Source: Vicugna vicugna (lineage: Eukaryota). Taken from it: a stretch of 59,504 nt of DNA. Under the pieces are notes generated by a model. That model did not search any database, was not told where the DNA came from, and saw only the letters and a program-made list of their open reading frames with translations. Numbering within the stretch: position 1 is the first letter of the stretch; each line of letters starts with the position of its first letter. A program made the position numbers and the translations under genes. Positions 12,418-25,976 of the stretch are shown in pieces. The stretch covers positions 682,001 through 741,504 of the forward strand of contig MU058456.1 of NCBI GenBank assembly GCA_013265495.1, read 5' to 3'.

Positions 12418-12810
12418 ATATAATCTCTTACATGTGGAATCTAAAAAAGAAGAAGAAGAAAAAGAAAAACTGAAGCGGAAAAAAGAAGAATGATGGTTAC
12501 CTGAAGCAGAGGGTGGAACAACAGGAAAGATGTTTTATAAGGGGACGTACTTGGAACTAGAACATAAGTAAGTCCTGCAGACCTAACATGCAGTACAGTG
12601 ATGGTAGATCCAAAACTCTGTTATAAACATTAAGCTAGCTAAGAGACTAGATCTTAATTTTTCCCATGACTAGAAAAAAATGATAATTTTATGATGTGAT
12701 AGAGGTGTTTGACACTGCATTGGCAAGCATATTGCAATAGCAGTGTATTAAATCAATGTTGCACACCTTAAACGTGCAGTGCTATATGTCGATTATGTCT
12801 CAGTAAGAAA
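12418..12810 (+). mobile_element. Older L1 (L1MA-type) 3'UTR, sense
   Basis: cttacatgtggaatctaaaaaa...gctaagagactagatcttaa...gcacaccttaaac...tatatgtcgattatgtctcagtaa. Confidence 0.75.
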
Positions 12811-14137
12811 AGAGACGTGTACTTCTTTAACTGTCTGTTTCGCTTCACTACTTTTTTTTCTTGATGTGTAATTCTATTCGGTGTAATTCAGGTTACTTCC
12901 TCTCTTTTTTTTTTACTAGCATCTGAAGTGACAGAACCATTTAAAAGCGTTAGTGCAAATTCATTAGTTTGTCTACATAGTGTGGCTTTGAAAGATAGTT
13001 TAGGCTGCCTATAATTTTGGGTTCTTCCGTGTTCTAAAGTTGATCTCTTCCCTTTGTTCATACTATGTTATAGTATCATCAGTTTTTACTGTTTTTTTTT
13101 TAAACTTATTCTATAGACAGTGATTCCTGACTTAATTATCAGTTTCCACTTTCCAAGGTGATACAGGATAATCCAGTATGAGAACTCAGAGCTTCTGTGT
13201 AATACAGGAATCGTGTCAGTACAGCAAGGTCTAGTATGCTTTTGATTTTTAAAAGGAAGGACCTAATTAGTATAACAGAAACCAAAGTGGAAACCACCTA
13301 CGGTCACCCTTGAATTACAAATGGCAGCATTCACATACGATACGGGGGAAACCTTTCTGCTCGGGAATTAATTTTTTCAGTTAACAAAAATAAGAGGCCA
13401 CCTTATGAGAACTTTCTTAAGTCTCCAATTTAAATGTCCACCCCTGTTGGAGTGATCCAAAAATACCACAATCACACAAGGGATCATGTTGACTTTGAGA
13501 GAAAGGGTTCTGTCTTTGCAATGAGAATAGAGGTTAGTCTTTGGGAAGAAGCGGTTAAAATCCGAAAGCCTTTTATTGCTTTTGATGCTTAAAAAAAGGC
13601 AAAACTCCACTGCACTGTAATATTTTCTGCTAATTAACTGTCACAAATGTGATACCATTAAGTTTGGAGTCTCTTTGGTTAACTTCAAAGTCATTCACAC
13701 ACACTGTGCAGCCCTCCCAAATCTATTTTGGAGAAAGAACCGCATTTGACAGGCCTGTAATCAGTGTTTCCAAGGATTGTGTTCATCATAGAACCTAATC
13801 CTCATTTAAGGAACATTTGGTCACTTCTCTCTGGGTAACCAGCACCAGCCCTCCTAATGCTCAGAGTTGATGGTGTCAAGGTTGTCTTAATGCTTGGTGT
13901 GCCTCTGGATACAGTGTTTGGAAGCCAACTTGCGAACTTCAGTACTATTTTTGGAGACTATCAGGAACGTATTTACCTTGCAGATAACCAAAAAGGCAAC
14001 TGATAGCAGCTTAAATAAGGATTTAGGGTTCCTCTCATAAAAATGTTTGTTGGTCGAGTGTTGAGGTCTAGTGCCGTATGGGAACAGGGTCATCAAGGCT
14101 ACTTTGCTTTTGCTCTGCTCTCCTTAACGTGAGACCT

Positions 14138-14297
14138 CTGACTTTGGGCAAATCACAGTGTACTTTTTCCAAGGTTCAGTTTCTCCATCAGAAAAAAAAT
14201 GGTGGCCACCCTTCCTGTAATTGCAGGGTAGGGGTAAGACTTAAATGAAATCCTGTAGGAGAAAGTGTACCGCACAGAGCCTAACACTCACTAGGTA
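14138..14297 (+). mobile_element. MIR
   Basis: tgactttgggcaaatcac...tcagtttctccatcagaaaa...ttaaatgaaat...gcacagagcctaacac. Confidence 0.6.
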
Positions 14298-17164
14298 TCT
14301 TGCATCACAGCGAGAGCCCAGCAGCTCCAGTTTTCATAGTGGTAATGGAGGGGAAGGTGTGAAGTAGGAAACAGGGGATCCTACTTTAAGCTCTGTTCTT
14401 CAGTTTTGGGGTTCCCAGTTCCAGCACACTTTCAGTTGATGGAATTTGAAATCACACATTGGAAAAAATAACTTTAAAAAAGTCCGATTCTGTACCCTTT
14501 AACAAATAGAACCCATCATTTACTAAGTAAAATATATCCTTTACAAGGCAATTGTTTATTTTATTCTGTGACCTCTTTACAATAAATTTCAGTACAATTA
14601 AAGGCTTAAGACACATTATTGATTATTTGAATATGTATGTCATTAATCTTCCATCGCCCCCATACATTTTATATGTACATTTTAAGTGTTGTCTTTTGCA
14701 TTTAGATGGAGAAGAGTGGTTTCAGAAGAAAGCAGACTTGAGGGTATTAGCTTCATTTAGCGCTTCAAGGGCTCCCTTGAGCTGATTTGCCTGTCAATTT
14801 CTACACTAAAATGGACTTTTAGAATAGTTACTGCCAGATAAACGACAAAGTGTTCTTAGTAAATAAAAGTGATTAATCTCAGCTGAATAAATTCACTGTC
14901 ACCAGTCTCATCCAATTCTATTTCCTGGTCCTATGAAAAGCCTTTTTCTTTTTTTATTAAAGTTGTCTGTAATTTTAATGGAATCTTTGAATTATTGTCT
15001 GATTTTTAAAAATTGGTTCATAGAAAGATATTGATTCTTTAAATTAGGGGTGGTTGAAATGTTGTTGATGGGCAAACTGGTCTCCTCTGATAGAACCTGG
15101 AAACCTTAGTCAAGAAAAATTCATCTTAAATCTGTGTTAGGATACACTTAAGGAAAAAAAATCACGACTCTTAATGACTGACTCTGGGTTGGACAGTAAT
15201 GTCGGTGTGGAAGCACAAGGGAACCAAAAGGTAAAAGTGGAAATCTATTAAGCTGGGTTCTTCCTAGTTGCTTAATTTGTATTGCCAGTCATTTATATTT
15301 ATTTCTTTCTCAGGGCGTTTCCTTGGGTAATGAGAAGATTCTAAAATCAAATAAGGCTTTTGAACAGTGAAGATGTTTGCCACTGCTCTGTTGAAGAAAC
15401 TTATAGATTGATAGTGATCCTAAGAGGTGTCTCATATCCACTATATTAACTAGCTTTTTAGAAGCTTATGAACTTTGTAGCTTTTATTGATTCTTGGGAA
15501 TTGTACCCAACAATAAGCAATGAAAGTCCAATGGTAACTTTCTTCCCATATAGGGGTGTGTAGATCAATATTTTGAATTTACTGTAATTTGCTGGTAATG
15601 GATGGAAGACCTGAAAAAAATTGCAGAGCCTTGCAGGGCACAGCTGTGTGGTGTTGCCTTTTATCTGAGCTCACTGTAGGTCACAAGCTTTCCCAAGTAA
15701 TAAGAAACGTAGTTAAGCGGCAGGACTCCTGCACGTATTTATCAGGAGCCTTCATAAGTCTCTTCCAAGCGAAAAGAGAAAATCTCGAAACTTGTCTATG
15801 GTGACCTTAATTTTATAGTCCTGAAGGACCTCTAAAAGTACACTGTCAATTAAAATTTTAAATATCCAGCATTTGTGTTTGATCTCCTTCCGCTAAAGGA
15901 ATTTTTCTACTGATCAGTAACAGGGTATGTGATTTCACTGAAGCCTGATTTGCTTGAAGTCTTCCAGTTGTTTCAGGGAACTCTGCCCAGGTTCTGCATT
16001 CAGAGGGGAGGGGCAGGTAGGCGTCCTGTGCCCTTGCTCTTTGATTTTACCCATTTCTCTCTCGATCAGGATCAGAGCTCTTCCCTTGTGCCCCAGGTGC
16101 CGCATCTGACGTGAGTGTCACGCTTAAATAGTCCGGATTGACTGTCCAGGGTGCTCTCAAGTTCAGGAGCTGTGCTGCGTGCAGGGCACGTGTTCCCACG
16201 AGTCTTCTCAACACCTTATGACAAATTGTAGTGTCCTCACCTTTTCGTTTAGAAAACGGAGTCTTACAGTAGTGAAGGAGATTTTTCAAGGATATTTTCC
16301 AAGGATATTTTGCAGCTCTGACTTATGTTAGAATATAGGTATTTCTGAATCTAGGTCTTGTTCATTTAAGCACTGTAAAGTACACAATTGGCTGAAATAA
16401 GGATTTTTTTTAACATAAAGATTGGTTGATCTAATACATGTTTTCTTGTTTCCTCTGTTGCGAACTAATTTGATCAAAATGAGTTTCCTTAATTTCAAAA
16501 ATGCCACACTTTTATTTGACAAAGCCTTTTGTTCTCTAAGAACAAAATGAGCAAATAAAATACAGTATGACTGTGGGCTGAAAGCTGCTAATTTTGAGGA
16601 AATAAATGCACTTCACTTAGTGTATAGTAAGCTCTCAATAAATAGAGGTGTTATTAATATAAATACTAGTTATTACTAGCGTACCCTGCATGGAAGCGTG
16701 GAGACTTTGAGTTAGGAGGCAGATTTCCCTCACATAGTACTGAATTGGAAGGCAACATGTATATAAATATGAGGTTCCCAGACTTGATTTTTTGATGTCA
16801 AAGGAATAACATGTTAGGAAGCATCAAAACCCATAGTAATTGGCTGGAAAGGAAGCTTGTTTCATTTGCTCATTTACTTGGGGTTCACCGGTGATTTGAC
16901 TTGTTACGCTTTCTCTGCTTTAAAAGGTCTGTGTTAAAAGTAACGTGTTCACAAGGCTTTGCTTCAAATAAAATCAGAGTCTATAAAAATAATTTAACTG
17001 TGAAATTTGCTTAGAAAGAGCTGCAAAGCTGTGTTGTAACACTCTTTTCTGAGAGTTATTGCCAGTGTGTTACCAACTATGAATGCAATTTGATAGCCTA
17101 CTCAAGGTGGGTCCGTAGTACAAACACACCACATCTTACTTGGTGATGAAAAATAATTAAACTG

Positions 17165-17305
17165 CTCTGGATTCAGACTGTTGTGGATTCAAAGACAAGC
17201 TAAGCCATTTACCTGCTCTGTGACCTTATGTAGCTCCTTAACTGGTCTGTGCCTCAGTTCTGTAAAATGGTAATAACATTGAAGATGAAATGAGACAATG
17301 AACAT
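17165..17305 (+). mobile_element. MIR
   Basis: ctctggattcagactg...gctctgtgacctt...tctgtgcctcagttctgtaaaatggtaataa. Confidence 0.65.
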
Positions 17306-17610
17306 CACCACGCAGTACATGTTAGGGACTGTTCCTAGATGGATGAAGGCTGTTGGGCTTAGTAAGGAAAAACAACTCTCATCAACTGTGTGAAAATTTT
17401 AAAGTGGAAAATGCATTTGTAATGAATGTTATTTAACTTTCATGCAGGAAAGACTTGGAACGCCCGCCTTGGTTCTTACCTTATTTTGCAAATCTGTCTC
17501 ACAGTCTTGCCCATCAGAGACCACAGGGTTTTGCCACCCCTTACTCACGTTCAGATTTCCATTATTTACCTTCCGAAAGGCCCTCTGTGCTTTTGGATGG
17601 CCCTCATTCC

Positions 17611-17629
17611 TGACCGCTGGATGGCGCCC
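17611..17629 (+). promoter_or_regulatory. Candidate CTCF site
   Basis: TGACCGCTGGATGGCGCCC has one mismatch to CC(A/G)(C/G)(C/T)AG(A/G)(G/T)GGC(A/G)(C/G), within a small CpG cluster. Confidence 0.4.
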
Positions 17630-17689
17630 GCCCTTAGCGCCTACGGTCCTAAACTTTCCCAGAATTTAGGCATTTCTTCTTAATTGTTG

Positions 17690-18830
17690 ATCCTATACAT
17701 ATATTTATCTCTTGAATCTGCCCCTCCTTTCTTTGCCTACTGCCTCTTCCTTGGTCCTGATGCTGGGCTATGCTTCCAACACAATTGAATAAGCCTCTGA
17801 ATTCTTTGCCCATTTGTCCTCCATAAGCTGTATGACATCCTGATACCAGGGTGATCCTTTTTTAACATGTAGATTTGATCATCTTATTCTCCTATGTAAA
17901 ATGTTCTGTGAGCTCCCCATCACCTATAGGATGAAGACAGACTCTTCCAAAAACCTTCCATGATTTGCCCTGTCCCTGCCTCCATACTCATGTCCTGTTG
18001 GTTTTTCCTTTCTTGCCTCTGTTCTGGCCACTTCAGGTTTGCTAAGAGCTGTGTGCTGTTTCACTCCACCCTGCTTTGCTACATCCATTCCCTCTTCTGG
18101 AATGCCCCCTTCCTTGCCTCCTCCTGAGGCTGCCTAGCCAGCTCCCAGATGCTACTGAAGAAAGGCCAGGCTTGAGTATTAGCTCACTAGGGAATATCTG
18201 AATTGCAAGGAACAGAAAACACAGGTTAAACTGGTTTAAACAGTAAAGGAGATCAATTGGCTCATGTGACTGAGAAATCCAGGTACAGGCAAGACCAGAT
18301 CCACTGTTTCAGAGATATCACCCAAGACCCAGTTTGTAGCTGTCTTTCTTCTCTGTCACCTTCTACCCTGCAGCTGTCATTAGCTTATTGAGGTAATTCT
18401 CCTTTCCTGCTAGCTTTTTTAGAAAAGGGAAGGAACACTTTCCCAGGAACCTGGAGCCAACATTGTTTTGCATCTTGCTTTCCTGGATTGAATCAGATGC
18501 CCTCTTTTGAATGGATTACTTTGGCCCAGACAATGAACTTTGTCATTAGCTTAACTTGAACTAAGTCTTGAGGTTGAGAATGGTGTCACTTCCACCAGAT
18601 TTTATTACCGTGAATAATGGGGAGCATCACTGGGCAGGAAAAAATTCTGACTCTCTTTAAAGAAAACTAATCACTCCCACCCTCGGGGCTCCTGCATGCT
18701 ATGAAGAAACCTCCATTCCAGGCCCTGCCACACTGGATTTTACAGCAAGTAGAGTCCTTTATCCCAAGTGCCTGGCACAGCACTTGCTACATCAGCCTTT
18801 ACTAAAAAGTATACAATTGAATTAAGGAAT
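17690..18830 (+). mobile_element. L2 3' region, split by an LTR at about 18190-18640
   Basis: gaatctgcccctcctttct...ccagggtgatcc...gctccccatcacctataggatgaag...ccctcttctggaatgcc and a terminal cccaagtgcctggcacagcac. Confidence 0.6.
18190..18640 (-). mobile_element. Ancient MaLR/ERVL LTR (MLT1J/K/L- or LTR33-like)
   Basis: ttgcaaggaacagaaaacac...aaactggtttaaacagtaaagg...attggctcatgtgactgagaaatccagg; similar to the copy at 38190. Confidence 0.6.
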
Positions 18831-19280
18831 CGCATTTCTCTGGCTTTAATCACCGCGTGTGCCCCTCATCCTCACCATGGGCAGAAGATTTTGCCTTCTG
18901 TGTTTCTGAAATTACAGAAATCCAAATAAATTGCTTCAGTTTTCCTTTGCTCTTCTTTAAAAGGTACTTGTTGATACCTGCACTTTTCTTCCTCTTTAGA
19001 CGAAAAATTGTCCTCTTTTGAAATTAAGGCCAACCTCCTCTGCTTGTGTACTCAGACCCCCTCTTTGTCTCTCACACAGCACTGTGTCCTGCTCCCTGGC
19101 CCTTTCAGAGTGCCAGAGTTGGAGCGCAGGGAAAATTGGGGCAGGATGACATAGGTTTCAGATTTTACTTCCACCATCTCCTGGCTTTGTGATCCTGGGT
19201 AACTGATCATCTCAGAGAACTACAAAGGGTCCTGCCAGACAGCCAGGTGAATTTGTTAGGAGATCCATAAACTCTCTCTC

Positions 19281-19437
19281 TTTTTTAATTGAACTGTAGT
19301 CAACTTACAATGTTGTGTTAGTTTCTGGCGTACAGCGTAGTAATTCAGTTATACGTATATACATATTCCCTTTCATTATAGGTTATTACAAGTTATTGAA
19401 TGTAGTTCCCTGGCTATACAGTAGGATCTTGTTATTT
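19281..19437 (-). mobile_element. Short L1 3'-end fragment
   Basis: ttttttaattgaactgtagtcaacttacaatgttgtgttagtttctggcgtacagc...gctatacagtagga. Confidence 0.8.
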
Positions 19438-20429
19438 AGACTCTGTTTTTTATAGGATCTTATGAAACTCAGAGACAGACTCCCATAGTGTGACTCAGAA
19501 GCTTTATGTATGGAAAAAGCCTGCGAGGCGAATGCCAAGCCTTGAAGATCATGGCTGTTGATTTGGGTTCACGACAGAAAAAGCCAACCCCAGAAAGAAA
19601 GGAAGGCATTAACTACTTTCTCCTGTTTTTCAGAGAAAGTGAGTATGTGGTTGGATCAGGTGAAACTTATATGAAAACCCAGCAGGCATTTTTGTGTGTA
19701 CCTTTTATGGATTATTTTGTTGAATTTCACTACCACAAATAAACATATTAAAGTACAGTATGGTTATATATACAAAACCAGAATGAAATAAAACCTACAA
19801 GAAAGGGGAAGTCCTTTAGGATCCTCCATCCATCTCCTGGCCCCAAGGCAGGATTTCAGTGGTGTTTGGCTGGTCGAATGGTTTGGATGTCCAAGCACAT
19901 CTGTAGAGGTCTACCTTCTGCCTTTCCAGCTTTCCTCTCTAGGTGTTTGTGCAGAAAGTTATGTACCGCATGGGCAGCTCACTGGATTTTTCAAGGTGGT
20001 TTGAACATAAGCCCCTTTTGCCTGCTGCTCTGCTTCAGAACCACGTCTTCATGGCAGATCTGGTTCTGTGGCGTGGACTTCTCTGTCCTGTGCTTCTGCC
20101 TTCACAAGTGACTTTCAGAAATGGGGCCAAAAGCATTCCGTGACACAAGGCAGTCCCTGACTAAGCCTAATCCCTTAGCTAATGCCATGCTCTGTCATAT
20201 AGGGAGAGTTACGTTTGGAGTACACTGCTTGCCCTACGATACTGCCCACTCGCGTAGGAAATAACCAGAAACCTAACTTCCCTGCCGTAGTGACAGCTAG
20301 AAAGGTAGTATTCCAAAAAGAAAAAAAAAAAAAAAACCCAAAGGCAAACGATTTATGCAAACTAATAGTCCTTAAGGATACTTAACATTACTAACCTCCA
20401 CCAAACAGCCTGCAAACCACTCTCTCCTC

Positions 20430-20514
20430 ATCTCCAGGGTGGTGTTCAGACGCTGGTACTTGTCAGTGCCCCCTGGGTGACTGATGTGTAGCCAGGCTGC
20501 GTTCAGAACCACTG
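20430..20514. mobile_element. MER5-like hAT fragment
   Basis: ccctgggtgactgatgtgtagccaggct...agaaccactg resembles the MER5 terminus. Confidence 0.45.
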
Positions 20515-21479
20515 AATTATCTCATCCCCTTTTATTTTCTCTCCCCTGCTAGCATTTACTTATTCAAATTATGCTGCGTAATATACTTGAACCTGGTGAT
20601 ACCTCTCTTGTTGTGTATGTGTTTATGTGTGTTTCCCCAGTGGTGCTTTTCAATGTTTTGTTTTGTTTTTTGCTGTGTCTCTAACAGTGCTTGATACACT
20701 GCCTCATACCTCTCGGGTCTCTGAACTCTCTCCCTTAATTAATGGTTTGTCAGTGCAGAGTAGTTGTAGTCACTCTTGATGACAGGGTGATGCCACCAAT
20801 GACTAAGGAATGATGATAATAGGGAAATACATGAACTTTAAATCGAATGGCTTCTGGAAAACAGTGGGGAAATGGTGGATGATAGACATTGCCGTTCTAT
20901 ATGTTTGCAGGGTACTGTTTTTATTTTGTTTTTGTCTTGTTTTTAGAGGGATGGCAGGTTGCCAGCTTGCAAATTCTCTTCCTCTTTTTTTGGAGGACAT
21001 CCCAGAGCATGAATCTGGGTAGACCTGGCCCCACCTCCCAATATGTTTGTGAAGGGAGCCAGTGTTTCTTGTTCCTGCTCCCTTGGGTTCATGCTGCCAC
21101 CCACGGTCCTGGGACACTCACAGGGACCCTGCCCAAGTGCTCAGGAGAAGGTGCAGGGATGGCTGAGAGATCTTTCCTGGAGGCTGAGCTCCACTTGTGT
21201 CCTAGCTGGGCTGTTCCCAGATGTGGTCATGTTCTCTGGGGTAGAATTTCCTGGTTCCTGGTCACTTTCTGTCCTTATCTGTGCAACCATCCTGTCACCT
21301 GTGTGAGAGCTGGTGTTCACCCAATAGTTTTTTCACTCGCTAGCTTCGTTCAGTTTCTGTTGTTTGAAGAGCCCCAGGGGCTGCGTAGTTCAGCACATCA
21401 TTTAACACCATGTAGCACAACTCTCCCCGCTTGTAGATTTCCGGCAGCGCCGTGTGTACCTGTGCCTGTCCTTTTTCTG

Positions 21480-21830
21480 TCTGATCTCTCTTCTCGTATC
21501 TCATCTAGCCTCCTATGTGATGATGTCTCCAGCCCTGACCTCTATCCTGAACCCAGGTTCATTTGTCCAACCACCTGCTTGGAATTTTTTCTTTGGAATC
21601 TTTATAGACTTGCTCGATGTAACATATCCAGACAGAACTCCTCTTCCCTCAACCTCCATTTGCTCAGGCCAAAAGCTTTGACTCTTTGTTGCTTTCTCTT
21701 CTGTCTTCCACATCCAGTTCTTCTGTAAGTTCTGTAAAAAATCTCTCTCAGATCTGAGTGCTTTTCACCATCTTCCGTGATGGTCCTACCCACAGTCTTC
21801 TCTCATTTGGACTATCCCTATAACTTTCTA
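21480..21830 (+). mobile_element. L2 fragment
   Basis: tctccagccctgacctctatcctgaacccaggttcatttgtccaaccacctgcttgga...aacatatcca...ctctcatttggacta. Confidence 0.6.
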
Positions 21831-21967
21831 AAATATTGGGATGAAAATACTGCCTTAAAATAAGCTTAGAATATTTAGAAATTTATTAGTTCATGCTTTT
21901 AATGCTGTAGCCTACACTGCCCCCCTCACATATGTCTTTCTCCCTACCTCTCTTCTCTTTTGAGAGA

Positions 21968-22625
21968 ATTTAATTTTTTTAATCATCTTAGATTTATAGA
22001 CAAGTTGCAAGATAGTTGAGAGAATTTCCACATATCCTTCCACCATTGTTGCCTAGTCTTAACATCTTATATAACCTTAATATACTTGTCAAAATCATGA
22101 AACTGACACTGGTATGTCACTGTTAGCTGAACTACACCCTTTATACGGAGATTCACCAGGTTTTCCACTACAGTCCTCTCTATGGTCCAGAGTCCAGTCT
22201 ACAGTCCTGTACTAGGAAAGCATTTGGTCATCTTTTCTCCTTAGTCTTCTCTGATCTGTGACAGTTTCTCCATTGTTCCTTGTTTTTCACAACCCAGTTT
22301 TAAAGATGTTATGTAGAATGACTCAATTTGGATTTTCCTGATTTTTTTTCATGATGAGGCTGGAGTTAAGGTTTTTAGGGAGAATGCCCCAGAGGTGAAG
22401 TCCCTTCTCAATGTATCATAGCAAGGGTATGAGGTGTCAGCACATGGCCAACCTTGATCACATGGTTGGTTAAGATGGTGTCTGTCAGGTTTCTCCACTG
22501 ACAAGTTGCTGCTCTTCCCTTTCCCTGCTCCCTGGAAGGGAGTCTCTAAGTTCAGCCCACTCTCCAGGGGAAGAGAATTAAGCCCTACCTCTTGAAGGAG
22601 GGGATATCTACATATCCTGCTTGTA
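21968..22625 (-). mobile_element. Ancient L1MC/MD-type 3'UTR
   Basis: cttagatttatagacaagttgcaagatag...ttcaccaggttttccact...ttggttaagatggtgtctgtcaggtttctccact...aagttcagcccactc. Confidence 0.75.
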
Positions 22626-25600
22626 ATATAATTCATGTGAATCTCCTTTCTCTTTTAAATCATAAACTGGTTCATCAGTTTAAGAGAATAGTTCAAAGAT
22701 TTCCTAAACACATGTGGCATGTGTAGCCATGTCATTTTATTTGTGTTTGTGTAGCTATTAAATACCTACTAAATAGTATATATTTTAAAAATTATCATTA
22801 TGGAAATTGGCTTGTACATATTAAACATTACAGCTATTTCTCAATTGCCTTTATGAATGAAACAATGTTATTTTCTCCTTTTGAGGCCCAGTTTGGCCAG
22901 AAAAGGGACAGAATCATTTGTTAGGCTCTTTTCTTCCCAAACCCACAGAAATGCTCCTTCTAGATTTAAGTGTCCAGTCTTATCAAGGAATTGCAAGAAG
23001 ACTGAACAGAGTTCTCAGACAGATAACTTTCCTTCACATTTATTTTCAATGTACACATTTGCTAGTTAGCAATTTTAGAAAGGGGGGCCAAGGAGCTCAT
23101 GATCTCAAGCAAGTAATAATATACAGCAATTCTAAAAAATATTAGAAGTCACTGAGAAATCAATATCAATAAAAGTAATTTAAAATTTTTAATATTCTTA
23201 AGTACACTCTTAAGAATTTCTTTGCCCTGTGATAATTAATAATTGCATGTTGTTTAGTTCAGATTGATGCTTCTTGCCCTTTCTTTTCTCCCCCTCCCTT
23301 CCTTTCTCTTTTATTACCTGATGCTGATCTTTTAGACATGTTCCAAATACACTAAGCACAAGCTTTGATTTATGACTTGGACCAATACCACATGTTTTAT
23401 CTAATGATCTAAGTGTGTTTATCTGTTAGTGACTTTATCCTGGCATTAAGAGAATAAGATGAGGACACACACACAGTACCACCAGCGCTGGGGCAGTCAG
23501 TGCCTTCATTGCTGCTCAGGTCCGTCCATCCGGTGCCAGTCGGTCAGTACGTGGTCCCCATGCGTCTGGGCAGCAGCCCCTCCTGGCTCTGTCTGCGATC
23601 ACTTAGCCCTCCTGATACTTGCAGGCTTTTGCAGCCACTGTTCACAAGGTCTTGGCCACAGCACATTCATTTCTCTCACTTTATTACCATCGCATCTGAT
23701 TCCAATTTGCTACCAAATTGAGTTTCCAGTTCCGAGCCTGACATTCAAGCCATCAGGTGGATTAGCTCCTCAGCCTGGTTAGCGCTGACCCCGCAGGTCA
23801 GTTGACAGTGACCTCTTAAATGTCCCCGGCTCCTCATCCTGGAACCTCAGCTGCCAGCCCCAGGAGCAGCAGGGCGGGGTTACCCACTGTAACCTTTCTT
23901 CTTGTTTAGGACTCATCATTCTAGACCTGTTGGAAAGACTGCTGATTAACAACAGACTTGGTTTTTATCCCTCATCTTGCTGTTTCAGCAGTTTTTTTTC
24001 TCAGAGCAAAGCAGCCAGCTTACGGTCAGGGTATTTGGTGGAATATGATTGACTGAACTGTTTGAGGATCATTTATCTGGCCCTCCCCCTCTATGTCTTC
24101 TGAGTGATCTGTTTGCATACACAGTTGAAATAACACCTGACGTAATATTTTTCCTATTATTAATGATAACACTTCAGGTACCCCTCCTTTTCTTTTGATG
24201 CTGCTGTGAGATCAACTTACTGGATAGCAGTATTTACTTACTTGACTGAACTCTAGCCTTTTGCTATGTAGTGGGTCTCAGTAATTTCTTCCTAAAAGAA
24301 ACCCTCTGGTGAATGATCACTTCTAGGGAGAGGTTTTTTGGTTTTTTTTTCTTTTTTTTAACCTGAATACAAAACAAATTTCTCAGTGCTTGTCATATCC
24401 CAGGACACACATATAAAAAAATTATTCACTGGTTTATCTATTTACATTTCAGTTCCCAAGGAAAACTGTCTTGATCAAAGACTTTTATCATTAGAAGCTT
24501 TAGTCAATGAAGGTATATTTCTGTTTCAGCATCAGGGAGCCAAGTTCAGCAAATGCTGTAATTTCTTCAGGCTAATGAAGGATTAAAGAAAAACTCGAAA
24601 CAAAACAAAACAAAAAAAATAAAGCCTTTCACCACTGAACCCTGCAACCCTTGGAAAGAAAATGTTAGCTCTTTGAGAGAAGGAAGAAAATACTCTGTCC
24701 CTAAAATTGTTGTTTCTTCTTGGAATTAAACAGTGATGTGATTATTATAACTCTGTATCAAAGTATGTTTTCCACTTAATAGCTAAGTTAAGTAATAGCT
24801 TTAAATAAGTTCTATTTAAAGCAGGATTATTCTCCTGCCTCACTGCTCTCAAGTCCATTTTCTGGGAGCTGGGCTGGAGTAAATTGCATGGTTCAGAAGA
24901 TGGGAGGCCACAGGCCATGACAAACGTTTAAGGATCCAATAAAAATAGGGAACAGGAAAGGTGAGTTTGAAGCTGAAGGGGAAATACCTTTCAAAAAATG
25001 ATGCTGGAGCTCCTGGAAGACAAAAAATGAAATGGTAATTATGGGAATGAAACCCAAATTGAGTCAGCCTTTTCGAATTTTGAGTTAAGATAGCCAGATG
25101 AATCATTGCTTCCTGTTCTTTAATTATTGTCATCAAGTAATCCTTGAGTTCCCTGGGCTTCTGAAAACTCCACTAGTGGGTGGAGGTATTTCTGTTAGCC
25201 TTTTTTGTTTGTTTGACTTGTTTGCTTGGTTGTTTTTGTGTTTTGTTTTTCCATAGACTCTCCATAGAAAGATAGATAATGATCTTAATGTGAACTGAGT
25301 GTGAGAGCACCCTTTGAAACTATCAAGTACTCTGTTAATTGTTGCTCTCTGGTTACCATTTGAGAGGTTCATTAACCTACTTCAAAATAGCATAAATCAT
25401 AAATCACATTTGTTTTAGGAAATAATACCAGAAGGAAACTTTTTGCTGTGTTTCTTTTATAAATTATAATCTTCAGTAGACACAGTGTTTTGAATGAGTT
25501 TACTTCTGTTGGGGGCAAATAGTCTGATTTAACTACCCTTTTCATTTCACCTCTCACTTAATTATAATCCTGTGAAATTTCTCCTCCTCCTTGTGTCCTT

Positions 25601-25944
25601 TTCCTCTTTGGATAAGTTCTTTGCTTCCTCAGGTTTTCCTTACCCTCAATTATAGGGGTCATGTAGTTCAACTCAGTCTCTATCTATCATTGCTGTGGGA
25701 GGATTGATGTCTTTTTTGCTCTGGAATTTAGGTAGACCGTGTTTGTACCTTAAACACAGTGTCTAAAGATTACAGTATAAGAAGGGATCCAGCATAAAAT
25801 TATTACATTGAAATCTTTTCAGTATAGAAAATGCCAAATCAAGCATAAGGAGAAGAATAACGTTTTATCTTAGCCACTCGGTGTCCTAGTGGTCTAAGGT
25901 TAATGTAGCATCTCACATATATGTTTTCTTTCTTCCTTTTGCAG

Positions 25945-25976
25945 AAGGAGCTGAGTCTTCCCAGAAGAGGAAGTTT
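25945..25976 (+). CDS. MAST4: 32-nt coding exon, phase 0/2, KELSLPRRGS+TT
   Basis: Acceptor ttttctttcttccttttgcag| and donor |gtaagt. AAG GAG CTG AGT CTT CCC AGA AGA GGA AGT TT matches the MAST2/MAST4 motif (SLTASL)KELSLPRRGSF(CRTSNRKS). Confidence 0.92.

Noticed and set aside
16287..16311. Tandem duplication of caaggatatttt (period 13)
   Set aside because: Ordinary slippage-type microduplication with no further structure.
20889..21728. Longest ORF in the track (279 aa)
   Set aside because: No recognisable domain, Leu/Cys/Pro-rich composition typical of random pyrimidine-rich DNA, non-ATG start, and the 3' part overlaps an L2 relic.
24854..24966. Strong donor AAG|GTGAGT at 24960/24961
   Set aside because: Only a weak AAG acceptor upstream, a 107-nt frameshifting length and no in-frame ATG; an unpaired donor is insufficient.
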